Positions 19,184 to 28,665 of a stretch of 64,000 nt of DNA are shown here, piece after piece (the first letter of the stretch is position 1; every line of letters starts with the position of its first letter). Under the pieces are notes generated by a model. The model was not told the DNA's origin. It saw only the letters and a program-made list of their open reading frames with translations, and made no database searches. Source of the stretch: Patescibacteria group bacterium (lineage in GTDB: Bacteria > Patescibacteriota > Patescibacteriia > Patescibacteriales > UBA12465); contig JBAZBP010000004.1 in the NCBI GenBank assembly GCA_041671365.1, forward strand, positions 5,874 through 69,873, written 5' to 3'. Made by a program: the position numbers and the translations under genes.

Positions 19184-22051
19184 CTACTGTTCTGCGATTA
19201 CTAGAGCTTCGTTACTTTTTATTGTATCTCCGTTCCAGTTTTTTAATTCAGCATAAATAGTATAGTTACCAGCACTTGGTGCGGTGTTCCAGACTAACTG
19301 TATGTCGTTTTCGCTCGGATTATTAACACTATTAATGACCGTTGAGGTTCCGCTAATAGTGTTTTTTATTATCAAATTAACTTTAGCAATTTTTTGAGGA
19401 AAGGCTACGGTTAATTTTGCGTTTAAAGGAAAATTGGAAGCCTTAATCACGGCGCCAGATAGGGGGTAGTTTAGATTAATAGAGTTTTTTTCGGTTGTTA
19501 ACGGGTTGTTATTGATTAGTAAGTTAAAATTAACACTAGCCTCGGTACAATTTTCTACATCATCACAAGTTTTAACTTTCAGAGAGTGAAAACCATTGCT
19601 TAAAAAATTTATTGCCTCAGTAAAAACCAATGGAGCTCCCCAACGGGTTTGCCAAAGGTTATTGTTAATAAAATATTCTGTGCGGTTGATACCGCGTGGA
19701 GCCGCAGCTTCAATATTGACCTCGAGATTGCTGTCGTTAATTATCTGATTAACCAAGGGGCTATTAATTTTGATGGTTGGTTTATTTTCTGGGTTGTGCA
19801 GATTATCATAGGTTGTTGGTAGTGTCGATGTGCCAATTAGAGGAGAAGAGCTCCCATTTTTGGTCGCCCAGGCCAAAACAGCGCTTTCCCAGGAAGAAAA
19901 CTGAGGATCTTTAGTTGGATCTTTGGGGGCTGGACCTAGAGGGTTTGTTCGGTCAATATAATATAAAATGCTGTGATAAGCCGGAATGGTTTTTTCTTCT
20001 ATTAGTTCTGGCGGAGTTGAACTAGTAGCTAACAACTCTGAGCTTTTATCAATTTTTATTATTTCTGGCTGAAGCTGACCGTCTAGTATGGCCTTACCTG
20101 TTTTATAGTCGCCGGGAGACTGAAAGGTTTCTATTGGCGTGTTGCCTAAAACTTTTTGCATAAAATAGTGCCAGATTGGTGCGGCCACGACACTACCGTC
20201 CGCCCCGCCATTCATTTTTTTATTATCATTATTTCCAACCCAAACCCCGGCCACTAAAGAAGGAGTAAATCCAAGCGTCCAGGCATCATGGTAGTCGTTG
20301 GTTGTTCCAGTTTTTGCGCCTACCGGACGACTTCCTAAATTAAGAGAATTTTTAGTTCCAAAAATAAAAGAGCGAGCGTTGTTGTCGGTTAAAATAGAAA
20401 CAACCATTCGAACAATTTTGGAGTCTAGCGCCTTTTTGCTCGAGGGTTGATATTCTTCGAGGATTTTTCCTCCGCTGTCTTCTACTTTTAAGATGCCGAC
20501 AATAGGGCTGAGCTGCCCGTCACGAGCGAAAGCACTATAAGCGTTAACATGCTCTAATAATTTTACCTCCGCTCCACCCAGGACTAATGAGAGGCCAAAA
20601 CGATTACGCGGGTAGAGCGTAGTATAGCCCAAGTTATTGGCTAAATCTATAACATCGTTAACACCGGTTAAGTAAAGAGCCTTAACCGCCGGAATGTTTA
20701 ATGAACCGGCCAGAGCCTGTCTGATTGTAACCGGGCCGCGCTCTTTTAGATCGTAGTCGTGCGGAGTATAGGGGTTTTTAGGATCGGTTGAAAAGTTAGT
20801 ATTAACGTCATATAAAATTGTATCCGGGGTATAACCCTTTTCAAATAATGACGAATAAACAATTGGTTTCATTGATGATCCCGGTTGTCGAGGGCTGGTG
20901 GCCACATTAAATTGTCCTTCAATAGAATCATCAAAATAATCACGGGAACCGACCATGGCTAAAATTTGTCCATTTTTAGGATCAATCGCTACGAGAGAGG
21001 CGTTGTTAGCGTTAAATTTTTTAGGGTAATCTTTGGTAATGGTGGTGATCGCTTCTTCGGCGGCCTGTTGCTTGTATAGATCTAGGGTGGTATAAATTTT
21101 TAAACCGCCCTGTTCAATCATTTGTTCGCCGTATTTAGTCGTTAGAATGTCTTTAATATACATAACGAAATGAGGAGCGATGATATTTGTTCCCGGATTT
21201 TTAAATTTTATTTCTTCTTTTTTAGCTATATCGCGTTCAATTGTAGAAATATAACCCTGTTCGGCCATTAAATCTAAAACATAGTCTTTTCGGTCTAATA
21301 ATGTTTTTTTATTAGAGCCGTAAGGAGAATAATAGCTTGGTCTTTGAACAATCGCGGCCAAGACAGCCGCCTCAGCTAGAGAAATATTCTTAACATCTTT
21401 ACCGAAATAATTTTGGCTGGCCGCCTCGACGCCGTAAGCATTTGAACCATAAGGAATTTCATTCAGATACATTTGTAAAATATCGTCTTTTGAAAATTTC
21501 TGTTCTAGACGGTAAGCTAAAACCAACTCCTTAATTTTGCGGGAAAAAGTTTTCTCTGAAGTTAAAATAGCATTTTTAACAAATTGTTGAGTAAGTGTGG
21601 ATCCGCCAGCACTGCGCTGGAACAAAATATCAGTAACGGCCGTTCGGAACATTGACCACAGACTAAAAGCACCATGTTTATAAAAATCTTTATCTTCTAT
21701 GGCAATCGTCGCCTCCTTCACATAATTAGGAGTGTCTTTGAGGGCGACTAGCGTTCTTCTTTGGTTTCCGCTGATTTCATATAAGACGGTTTGTCCGGTG
21801 CGGTCATATATTTTAGTGCTTTGAGCCACTTCTCTATTAATGAGTTGGTTAGGATTAGGTAGATTTCGTGATATTAAAGCGATATAAATCAGGCCAACAA
21901 CTAAAGCAATAATTCCCAGCAAGAAAGCGGTTATTACTAGTTGTTTAATCAAGTGTTTTCTTTTTTTAGGTTTTTGCGACTTAATACCGCGAGATTTTTG
22001 ATAATCGCGCCAGGGAGCAGAAAGTTTTTTTTGTAAGACAGGTATGGGCAT
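19184..22051 (-). CDS. Class A penicillin-binding protein (PBP1A-type transglycosylase/transpeptidase) with long C-terminal extension
   Basis: 955-aa ORF with an N-terminal TM anchor. GT51 motifs: IAIEDKDFYKHGAF, GGSTLTQQ. Transpeptidase motifs: GSSMKP, SLN, KTGTT. About 370 further residues of beta-rich sequence follow. Confidence 0.9.
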   Translation of the reverse strand: MPIPVLQKKLSAPWRDYQKSRGIKSQKPKKRKHLIKQLVITAFLLGIIALVVGLIYIALISRNLPNPNQLINREVAQSTKIYDRTGQTVLYEISGNQRRTLVALKDTPNYVKEATIAIEDKDFYKHGAFSLWSMFRTAVTDILFQRSAGGSTLTQQFVKNAILTSEKTFSRKIKELVLAYRLEQKFSKDDILQMYLNEIPYGSNAYGVEAASQNYFGKDVKNISLAEAAVLAAIVQRPSYYSPYGSNKKTLLDRKDYVLDLMAEQGYISTIERDIAKKEEIKFKNPGTNIIAPHFVMYIKDILTTKYGEQMIEQGGLKIYTTLDLYKQQAAEEAITTITKDYPKKFNANNASLVAIDPKNGQILAMVGSRDYFDDSIEGQFNVATSPRQPGSSMKPIVYSSLFEKGYTPDTILYDVNTNFSTDPKNPYTPHDYDLKERGPVTIRQALAGSLNIPAVKALYLTGVNDVIDLANNLGYTTLYPRNRFGLSLVLGGAEVKLLEHVNAYSAFARDGQLSPIVGILKVEDSGGKILEEYQPSSKKALDSKIVRMVVSILTDNNARSFIFGTKNSLNLGSRPVGAKTGTTNDYHDAWTLGFTPSLVAGVWVGNNDNKKMNGGADGSVVAAPIWHYFMQKVLGNTPIETFQSPGDYKTGKAILDGQLQPEIIKIDKSSELLATSSTPPELIEEKTIPAYHSILYYIDRTNPLGPAPKDPTKDPQFSSWESAVLAWATKNGSSSPLIGTSTLPTTYDNLHNPENKPTIKINSPLVNQIINDSNLEVNIEAAAPRGINRTEYFINNNLWQTRWGAPLVFTEAINFLSNGFHSLKVKTCDDVENCTEASVNFNLLINNNPLTTEKNSINLNYPLSGAVIKASNFPLNAKLTVAFPQKIAKVNLIIKNTISGTSTVINSVNNPSENDIQLVWNTAPSAGNYTIYAELKNWNGDTIKSNEALVIAEQ

Positions 22052-22161
22052 ATAGTAATTGTTTAGGTAGTATTCATTATACCATAGTTAATGAATTATT
22101 TAGAATTTTAATATTTAAGGTAATTGGTATATAATAGAGTTGTTTTTATTAAAATTGTGTT

Positions 22162-22965
22162 ATGAAAATTATTAATAGTTTAAGTAACGTCGCGGTCAAG
22201 GATCTTGTCAGACTGAAAAAAACTGGCGAAAGAAAAAAAAGCGGCCTAATTATTGTTGATGGTTGGCGAGAAATTAAGCTGGCAATTGAATTTGGTTGGG
22301 AGGTTTTTGAAATATTTTATTGTTCTGGTTTTGATAAAAAAAACAAGAAAAATGAGGATGGTATTTTTTTTCAGAAAGAAATTAAAACAACCGAAGTTTC
22401 CAGAGAAGTTTTTATAAAAATTTGTTATAAAGACAAACCCGACGGCTTTTTGGCTATAATTAAATCACGCGAAAGTTATTTGAAAGACATTAAGTTGGTT
22501 GACGAATTGCCGGTAGTTGTCTTAGAAAATATTGAAAAACCTGGTAATCTTGGAGCAATCATTCGTACCTGTGCCGCCGTTGGCGTAGCGGCTATTATTA
22601 TTAATGATAACCAGACTGATGTCTACAATCCTAATGTTATTAGGGCCAGCGAGGGACAAATCTTTACCCAAACATTGATTAAGGCTTCGGCCGAAGAAAC
22701 GCGTAAATGGTTAAAGGCTAATAAGATTAAAAGTTTTGCCGCCGCTACTAGCGGCTCGCAAGCGTATACCAGTGTCGATTTAAGTGGCTTAGTAGCTATT
22801 GTTTTGGGGTCAGAAGCGAATGGTCTCAGCTCGGAATGGTTAAGCGGAGCTGATAAATTAATTAAAATTCCCATGCTTTCAGGCATTGACTCGTTAAATG
22901 TTTCGGTCGCGGCGGCAATTATTTTATTTGAGACATTAAGACAAAAAAGACTTAAATTAAAATAG
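22162..22965 (+). CDS. TrmH/SpoU-family RNA 2'-O-methyltransferase
   Basis: 267-aa ORF with SpoU motifs LENIEKPGNLGAIIRT, VLGSEANGLS and IPMLSGIDSLNVSVAAAI. Confidence 0.8.
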   Translation: MKIINSLSNVAVKDLVRLKKTGERKKSGLIIVDGWREIKLAIEFGWEVFEIFYCSGFDKKNKKNEDGIFFQKEIKTTEVSREVFIKICYKDKPDGFLAIIKSRESYLKDIKLVDELPVVVLENIEKPGNLGAIIRTCAAVGVAAIIINDNQTDVYNPNVIRASEGQIFTQTLIKASAEETRKWLKANKIKSFAAATSGSQAYTSVDLSGLVAIVLGSEANGLSSEWLSGADKLIKIPMLSGIDSLNVSVAAAIILFETLRQKRLKLK

Positions 22966-23055
22966 TGATTAATCCGTATTGTTTGACAATAAATAGTTTT
23001 TTTATTAATATTAACCTAAATTATTAGTTGGTTTTTATTAATTAATAATAAATTT

Positions 23056-23127
23056 GCGCCCGTAGTTCAGCGGATAGAACGGGAGCCTTCTAAGCTCTAG
23101 ACGCGGGTTCGCCGCCCCCCGGGCGTA
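23056..23127 (+). tRNA. tRNA-Arg, anticodon TCT (UCU), with an irregular T arm
   Basis: Hand fold. Acceptor GCGCCCG/CGGGCGT (G1-U72), D arm GTTC-AGCGGATA-GAAC, anticodon stem GGAGC/GCTCT with loop CTTCTAA. T arm is GCGGG-TTCGCCG-CCCCC, which has a C-C mismatch and no A at loop position 5. Confidence 0.65.
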
Positions 23128-23150
23128 CGTTTCTAAAAAGAAACAAGTAT

Positions 23151-23222
23151 GGTGCCTATGGTTTAATGGTAGAACGGCGGGTTGTGGTCCCGCTAGCCTG
23201 GGTCCGATTCCCAGTAGGCACC
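23151..23222 (+). tRNA. tRNA-His, anticodon GTG, with encoded G-1
   Basis: Hand fold. Extra 5' G (23151) opposite discriminator C, acceptor GTGCCTA/TAGGCAC, anticodon stem GCGGG/CCCGC with loop TTGTGGT, T arm CTGGG-TCCGATT-CCCAG. Confidence 0.9.
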
Positions 23223-23226
23223 CAAT

Positions 23227-23754
23227 ATGTTTTTCTCTGTTTTTTTAATTATAATAGTGGCAGCTCTGTTATCGTTTACGGTCGCTCAATTTTTTAACGT
23301 GATGGTCCGTGGACTGCCGCCGTTTTTATCCACTAAAGACAGTATCATCACTAAAGCCATAGAGGGAGTTAGTTTAAACTCAGAAGATGTGGTTTATGAG
23401 TTAGGCTGCGGTCGAGCTAAATTCCTGAGAAGTTTATATAAAAAATTTTCGGGAACCAAATATGTCGGGATGGAATATTCCTTTTTGCCGTATTTATTAG
23501 TTAGGCTAGAGCTTTGGCTTACTAATAGTCGAATCAAAATAATTAAGAATAATTTTTTTAAAATTAGCCTAGACGACGCCACTTTAATTTATTTTTATTT
23601 GTTACCGGAAATAATGACGAGGATGGGGCAAAAAATTAAAAACGAGTGTCGCCCGGGAACCAGAATAATTAGTTATCAGTTTTCTTTGCCGGGTCTACGC
23701 CCTGAAAAAATTATTATAAATAAAAATGATCGACTCTATTTTTATCAAGTTTAG
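23227..23754 (+). CDS. Putative class I SAM-dependent methyltransferase with N-terminal TM helix
   Basis: 175-aa ORF with motif I-like VYELGCGRAKF. Begins 5 nt after tRNA-His. Confidence 0.55.
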   Translation: MFFSVFLIIIVAALLSFTVAQFFNVMVRGLPPFLSTKDSIITKAIEGVSLNSEDVVYELGCGRAKFLRSLYKKFSGTKYVGMEYSFLPYLLVRLELWLTNSRIKIIKNNFFKISLDDATLIYFYLLPEIMTRMGQKIKNECRPGTRIISYQFSLPGLRPEKIIINKNDRLYFYQV

Positions 23755-23875
23755 ACAAACGGAATAATAAAAAATTTGACAAAAAAAGATAGTCTATGAT
23801 ATATTTTTTTATTAACTAATTGTTCATTTTGTTCATTAAAATTAAAACAAAAGAAATTATAAAATGGAGTAGATC

Positions 23876-24553
23876 ATGAAAGTCGTAAAAAATGTTCTCA
23901 GTCGGGCATGGCTAGTGCTCGTTGCCGCTTTATCTTATTGGCTGTTTAAAATACGAAACAAAGTAATAGTTTGCGGTAAAAACAATATTCCGAAGGATAT
24001 TGGCGGTGTATTATTTGTTTCTAATCATCAAACACTAATCGATTCGTTTCTAATCGGTATTAGCATCGTTTCGGTATTCGATATAATTTTTAATTATAAT
24101 CGGATACCATGGAACGTGCCCGATAGTAAAAATTTTTTCAGAAGCAGGTTTGGTAGGTTTTTGATGTCTCTGTCAAAAACCGTTCCGGCACATCGGCATA
24201 GCCTGAAAAAAGAAATAATCACTCAGGATATTAATAGATTTACAGATATTTTGAAAAAAAGTAATTTAGTTCTGTTTTTTGAGGGGACAAGGACGAGAAA
24301 TGGCGATATAGGAGACTGTAATTATGGAGTGGCGGAGACCATAAGGACGGCCAAACCCCGAAAAGTTATTCCGATTCGTCTTGAAGGCGTTCAGGCAATA
24401 ATGCCTATAGAATCGGGATTCAACTTCGCTAAAATATATGGCGGAAATAGAGGAAAAATAATTTTTGGTCCAGCTATTAAATTTAGCGATATAACTAATT
24501 TAGAAAAAATAAAAATTGAAGTCAAAGAGGCGGTAAAGAGGCTGAGCAGTTAG
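23876..24553 (+). CDS. plsC: 1-acyl-sn-glycerol-3-phosphate acyltransferase family protein
   Basis: 225-aa ORF with acyltransferase HX4D motif (SNHQTLID) and FFEGTRTRNG block. Confidence 0.75.
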   Translation: MKVVKNVLSRAWLVLVAALSYWLFKIRNKVIVCGKNNIPKDIGGVLFVSNHQTLIDSFLIGISIVSVFDIIFNYNRIPWNVPDSKNFFRSRFGRFLMSLSKTVPAHRHSLKKEIITQDINRFTDILKKSNLVLFFEGTRTRNGDIGDCNYGVAETIRTAKPRKVIPIRLEGVQAIMPIESGFNFAKIYGGNRGKIIFGPAIKFSDITNLEKIKIEVKEAVKRLSS

Positions 24554-24563
24554 CCTCTTTTTT
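24536..24563 (+). terminator. Intrinsic terminator overlapping the plsC stop
   Basis: Hairpin AAGAGGCT / AGCCTCTT followed by a T-run. Confidence 0.65.
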
Positions 24564-24625
24564 ATTTCGATGTTTTTCGGTCGCATGCTATAATTGAGAG
24601 GTCAGAAATAAAATCGGAATAATCT

Positions 24626-26305
24626 ATGAATGATAATAAAAATAAATTTATTGTAGCTTATTTTAGTTTAGAAATTGCCCTGGAAAATGGACTAAAAACC
24701 TATGCTGGCGGCCTGGGTGTTCTGGCCGGCGATTTATTAAGTTCGGCGGCCAATTTAAAATTTCCGATGGTTGGCCTGACCCTGCTTAATCGTCAGGGTT
24801 ATTTTAAACAAGTATTAACCGGTAGTGGAGAGCAAATTATTAAACCAGATTCGGATTACGATTTTTCGAAGTTAAAAAAACTGCCAATCAACGTGGTGGT
24901 TAATATCGGACAAGAGTCAGTTAAGGTCGGAGTTTGGCAGTATATAATTAAGGGGCGAGATGGTTTTAACGGTTCGGTTTATTTTTTAGATACTGATTTT
25001 CCGGAAAACAGTGAAGTTAATCGTCGTTTAACCGATAATCTTTATGGCGGTGATTTAGAATATCGTTTAAAGCAAGAAATAGTTTTTGGTCGAGCGGGAG
25101 TTAAAATGCTGCAGGCTTTAGGGTATAACAAGATTAAAAAATTTCACCTTAATGAAGGGCATGGAGCCTTGGCGGCAGTTGAGCTATTTTTGAGCTCCAA
25201 TAAAAAAAATAATACAGAAAAAGTGGCAGAGGTGCGCGGACGGATTGTTTTTACAACACACACTCCGCTTAAAAAAGAGCAGGATGTTTTTTCTTTGACC
25301 TACTTAAAAGGGTATCAACCGGACTTTCCGGACTATTTAAACGGACTGGTTGTTCAGGAAAACATTAATTTAACCGTGGTTGGTCTTTACTTTAGCGGTT
25401 ATACCAACGCGGTTTCCAATCTTCATCAGAGAGTGACTCAAAAAATGTTTCCGGATTATAAAATTCAGGCGATTACCAATGGAGTAAATTCTTTAAATTG
25501 GGCGTCTCCAGAATTTCAAAAATTGTATGATAAATATGTTCCCGGCTGGCGCACTTATAACCCCTTGCTTTTAAATGCTAGTCGAATTCCACTAGAGGAA
25601 ATATGGGCGAAGCATCAACAAATTAAAAAACGTTTGCTAGAATTTATTAATGGACGTTCGGCGGTTAAACTGGAAGAAGCGATTTTTACCCTGGGATTTG
25701 CTCGTCGCTTTACTTCGTATAAACGTCCAGAATTTTTATTTAATGATCTTAAAAGATTGTTAAGTCTGCAGCAATCAGGAGGGCGGATACAAATTATTTA
25801 TGCCGGGAAGGCTCATCCTCGAGACTTAGAAGGACAAGAATTAATTAAATTAATTTATCAATTTAAAAAAGAGTTAAGCTCTAAAATAAAAATAGTTTTT
25901 TTGGAAAACTATGATTTAGATCAAGCCAAATTGTTAACGAGCGGTGTTGATTTATGGCTTAATACCCCGTTACTTCCGAACGAAGCATCGGGTACGAGCG
26001 GAATGAAAGCAGCGCACAATGGAGTGCCACAGCTGAGTACACTAGACGGTTGGTGGCCGGAGGGTTATAAAAAAAATAAAACCGGCTGGGCAATTAAAGA
26101 AAGAAAAATGAGAAACGGAACGTCGGAAAATAATTTATATGAATTATTAGGAAACAATATTTTGCCGCTGTATTATAAAGATTCAGAGAAATGGAAAAAA
26201 ATTATGCGCTCGACGATTAGTCTTAATGCCTCTTATTTTAATACGGATCGAGCTTTGGAGCAGTATATTAAAGAGGCTTATAAATTAGAAAAATTAATAA
26301 AATAA
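24626..26305 (+). CDS. glgP: Alpha-glucan (glycogen/maltodextrin) phosphorylase, short GT35 form
   Basis: 559-aa ORF starting with the typical YFSLEIALE...GGLGVLAGD. PLP-lysine region is EASGTSGMKAAHNG. Confidence 0.85.
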   Translation: MNDNKNKFIVAYFSLEIALENGLKTYAGGLGVLAGDLLSSAANLKFPMVGLTLLNRQGYFKQVLTGSGEQIIKPDSDYDFSKLKKLPINVVVNIGQESVKVGVWQYIIKGRDGFNGSVYFLDTDFPENSEVNRRLTDNLYGGDLEYRLKQEIVFGRAGVKMLQALGYNKIKKFHLNEGHGALAAVELFLSSNKKNNTEKVAEVRGRIVFTTHTPLKKEQDVFSLTYLKGYQPDFPDYLNGLVVQENINLTVVGLYFSGYTNAVSNLHQRVTQKMFPDYKIQAITNGVNSLNWASPEFQKLYDKYVPGWRTYNPLLLNASRIPLEEIWAKHQQIKKRLLEFINGRSAVKLEEAIFTLGFARRFTSYKRPEFLFNDLKRLLSLQQSGGRIQIIYAGKAHPRDLEGQELIKLIYQFKKELSSKIKIVFLENYDLDQAKLLTSGVDLWLNTPLLPNEASGTSGMKAAHNGVPQLSTLDGWWPEGYKKNKTGWAIKERKMRNGTSENNLYELLGNNILPLYYKDSEKWKKIMRSTISLNASYFNTDRALEQYIKEAYKLEKLIK

Positions 26306-26306
26306 A

Positions 26307-26331
26307 AAAGGTCAACGTTGAGCTGACCTTT
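26307..26331. terminator. Hairpin between convergent glgP and the 162-aa gene
   Basis: AAAGGTCA / TGACCTTT stem. The T-run is present only in the minus-strand sense. Confidence 0.55.
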
Positions 26332-26342
26332 ACGAACATTTT

Positions 26343-26831
26343 TTATTGTCTTCGCTTAATAATAAATAGCGAAATTTCTCGTATTTCTTGTTTGGTATAT
26401 GTGCACGGAGTAGCAGTAAATAGTTTTAGAAATTTTTGTCGTGAATTTTTATAAAAAATTTTTTCAATAAAGTCTAATGTGTTCCGGGCTATTTCATCGC
26501 CCAGCATTGTCAGTCCCAAAATTTTTCTTACTTTATTAAAATACTCCTCCACGCTGTAGCGTTTTGGCATTTTAGCTTCTAAAATAGGAAAATAAAAGTG
26601 TTCCATATTTCCTAAGCTTCTTAGGTCATCGTAACAAACCGAAATCTTTTTTCCATTCAACACTTCTTTCAACACGTCTCTTTCTGAACTGGCGGTTAAT
26701 TTGCCGCAGAGTAGACATACTTTTGCTGGGTCGGGTTTTGACAAATAGTGTTGTTGGTTGCCAACACAACTGCCACTTTGATAACCTTTTCCAGTTTTTC
26801 TGGTAAGAGGTTTTTTATCATTTTTTTTCAT
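26343..26831 (-). CDS. Hypothetical protein with N-terminal Cys pairs (possible zinc ribbon)
   Basis: 162-aa ORF with a basic N-terminus and C...CLLCGK...C arrangement. No family recognised. Confidence 0.5.
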   Translation of the reverse strand: MKKNDKKPLTRKTGKGYQSGSCVGNQQHYLSKPDPAKVCLLCGKLTASSERDVLKEVLNGKKISVCYDDLRSLGNMEHFYFPILEAKMPKRYSVEEYFNKVRKILGLTMLGDEIARNTLDFIEKIFYKNSRQKFLKLFTATPCTYTKQEIREISLFIIKRRQ

Positions 26832-26958
26832 TTTTAACGATCCTTCTTTGTTTGTTAATGAATGTTTTTGTAAACATTATATTTACATAAAAATTATTTC
26901 TTGTCAATACGGCCTGCGTAGAGTATAATAAAAGAATAATTAATTAACTCGTTATTTT

Positions 26959-27225
26959 ATGCCTAAAAAAATTAAAAAAACTAAAACTGTTTCCGGTCAA
27001 GAACAATTTAAGGTTTATGGTCATGACGCCTTAAAGAAAGTGAAAGAGTTGGTTAAAGAAGGAAATGTTCGTCGAATAATTATTAAAGATGAAAAAGGGA
27101 AAGTTATGATGGAAATTCCGATGACGTTGGCGGTAGTTGGAACCGTCTTTGCTCCGGTTTTAGCGGCAGTTGGCGCGCTAGCGGCCTTGGTGAGTAAATG
27201 CACGATTGAAGTAGAAAGAAAATAA
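26959..27225 (+). CDS. DUF4342-like small protein
   Basis: 88-aa ORF. The EGNVRRIIIKDEKGKVMMEIPMTLAVVG...AAVGALAALVSKCTIEVER pattern matches my recollection of the DUF4342 family. Confidence 0.6.
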   Translation: MPKKIKKTKTVSGQEQFKVYGHDALKKVKELVKEGNVRRIIIKDEKGKVMMEIPMTLAVVGTVFAPVLAAVGALAALVSKCTIEVERK

Positions 27226-27250
27226 ATAACCATTGTTTAAACCAGTAATA

Positions 27251-27284
27251 AAAAAAGACCCTAAATAATAAGCGGTCTTTTTTT
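27251..27284. terminator. Bidirectional terminator between convergent genes
   Basis: AAAGACC ... GGTCTTT stem flanked by an A-run and a T-run. Confidence 0.6.
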
Positions 27285-27291
27285 ATATTTT

Positions 27292-28665
27292 TTAGCTAAT
27301 AAATTCTAAAACCTCATTTCTTTTGGCTTCCATTGTTTTTTGATCGACTGCTTCTAAATTTAGACGAATTAGCGGTTCAGTGTTTGAACCTCGGACATTA
27401 AACCAAAAATCGGGGTAAGTCACTGAAACGCCGTCAAGTTCGTTTAGTTGGCCATCGGCATATTTAGTTCTAATTTTTTGGAAAACGGTTTCTTTGTCAG
27501 CGACGGTTCGATTAATTTCGCCAGAAGAAAAATATTTTTTATATTGATTAACATAGTCAGCCACGCTTTGATTGGCCTTAGAAAAAAGAACTAATAATTT
27601 TAAAATCATAACGCCGGGATACTCGAAACAGCCGGCCTCGCCCTGAAGATAAAAATGTCCGGAAGATTCTCCGGCAAAATAAATATTCTCCTTGATCATT
27701 TGCTCCTTAATTAAAGAGTGGCCAACATGGGTAACGACCGGTTGTCCGCCGTTTTCTAGAATTAAATCAACAGTGATTTTTCCTGGTCGGACATCATAAC
27801 CAATTTTTGCTCCCGGTTTATCAATTAAAAATATTTTAGCCAGTAGGCCGCGAATGATAGCCGGGTTAATTGTTTCTCCGGTGTTATCAACAAAAAATAT
27901 ACGATCGCCGTCACCATCGGTAGCGATGCCCAGATCGGCCTTTTCTTGGAGAACCCTTAATTTAAGTTGCTGTAAATTTTCTTCTTTTAAGGGGTCGGCT
28001 TCGTGCGACGGAAATGATCCGTCTAATTTAAAATTAAGAGATAATAATTCTCCAGGCAATTTCGTGAACAAGGCCTCTAAATATGTCGCCCCCATGCCGT
28101 TGGCTGTATCGGCGATAATTTTAAAAGGTTTTATTTTATTAAAATCAACAGTAGAGAAGGTGTAGGTCATTTCTTCTTTTAATGTTTGATCGTTTTTAAT
28201 TATTTGACCGGGAGCAGAGGCAATTAAAAAATGATTGGTTAAAATTTTTTCTTTTAAAAAGCCTAGCCCGGTTTCGTAGCTGACCGGAGCACCCTGAGTG
28301 CGAACTATTTTAAAACCATTCCATTCTTTGGGATTGTGTGAAGCTGAAATCATAATCCCGCCGTCATAATGGTAATGGCCGACCGCAAAATAAAAAGTTG
28401 GAGTAGACACCGTTCCTAGATCAATTACATCTGCTCCTGCCGCTATTAGGCCGTTGATTAGATTATTTTTCAGGGCGGGTGAAGATAAACGCATATCACT
28501 CCCGACAGCTATTTGTAGTTTTTTTGTTGATAAATAATCTGGATCGACTTTTCTTAATTCAATATAAGCCAAGCCCAAAAGGTAGGCCAACTCATTATCA
28601 AAGTCTTGACCGTAAATTCCGCGAATGTCGTAAGCTTTAAAGATGTTTGAGTTGATAGGTAGCAT
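27292..28665 (-). CDS. Phosphomannomutase/phosphoglucomutase
   Basis: 457-aa ORF with N-terminal FKAYDIRG, catalytic-Ser loop SASHNP and metal loop DGDGDR. Confidence 0.9.
   Translation of the reverse strand: MLPINSNIFKAYDIRGIYGQDFDNELAYLLGLAYIELRKVDPDYLSTKKLQIAVGSDMRLSSPALKNNLINGLIAAGADVIDLGTVSTPTFYFAVGHYHYDGGIMISASHNPKEWNGFKIVRTQGAPVSYETGLGFLKEKILTNHFLIASAPGQIIKNDQTLKEEMTYTFSTVDFNKIKPFKIIADTANGMGATYLEALFTKLPGELLSLNFKLDGSFPSHEADPLKEENLQQLKLRVLQEKADLGIATDGDGDRIFFVDNTGETINPAIIRGLLAKIFLIDKPGAKIGYDVRPGKITVDLILENGGQPVVTHVGHSLIKEQMIKENIYFAGESSGHFYLQGEAGCFEYPGVMILKLLVLFSKANQSVADYVNQYKKYFSSGEINRTVADKETVFQKIRTKYADGQLNELDGVSVTYPDFWFNVRGSNTEPLIRLNLEAVDQKTMEAKRNEVLEFIS

Noticed and set aside
26861-26878. 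Palindrome AATGTTT-TTGT-AAACATT between the divergent 162-aa and DUF4342-like genes, considered as a possible operator.
   Set aside because: It is a 7-bp A/T-rich inverted repeat with no second copy and no adjacent DNA-binding protein I can identify. It is within chance expectation for this composition.
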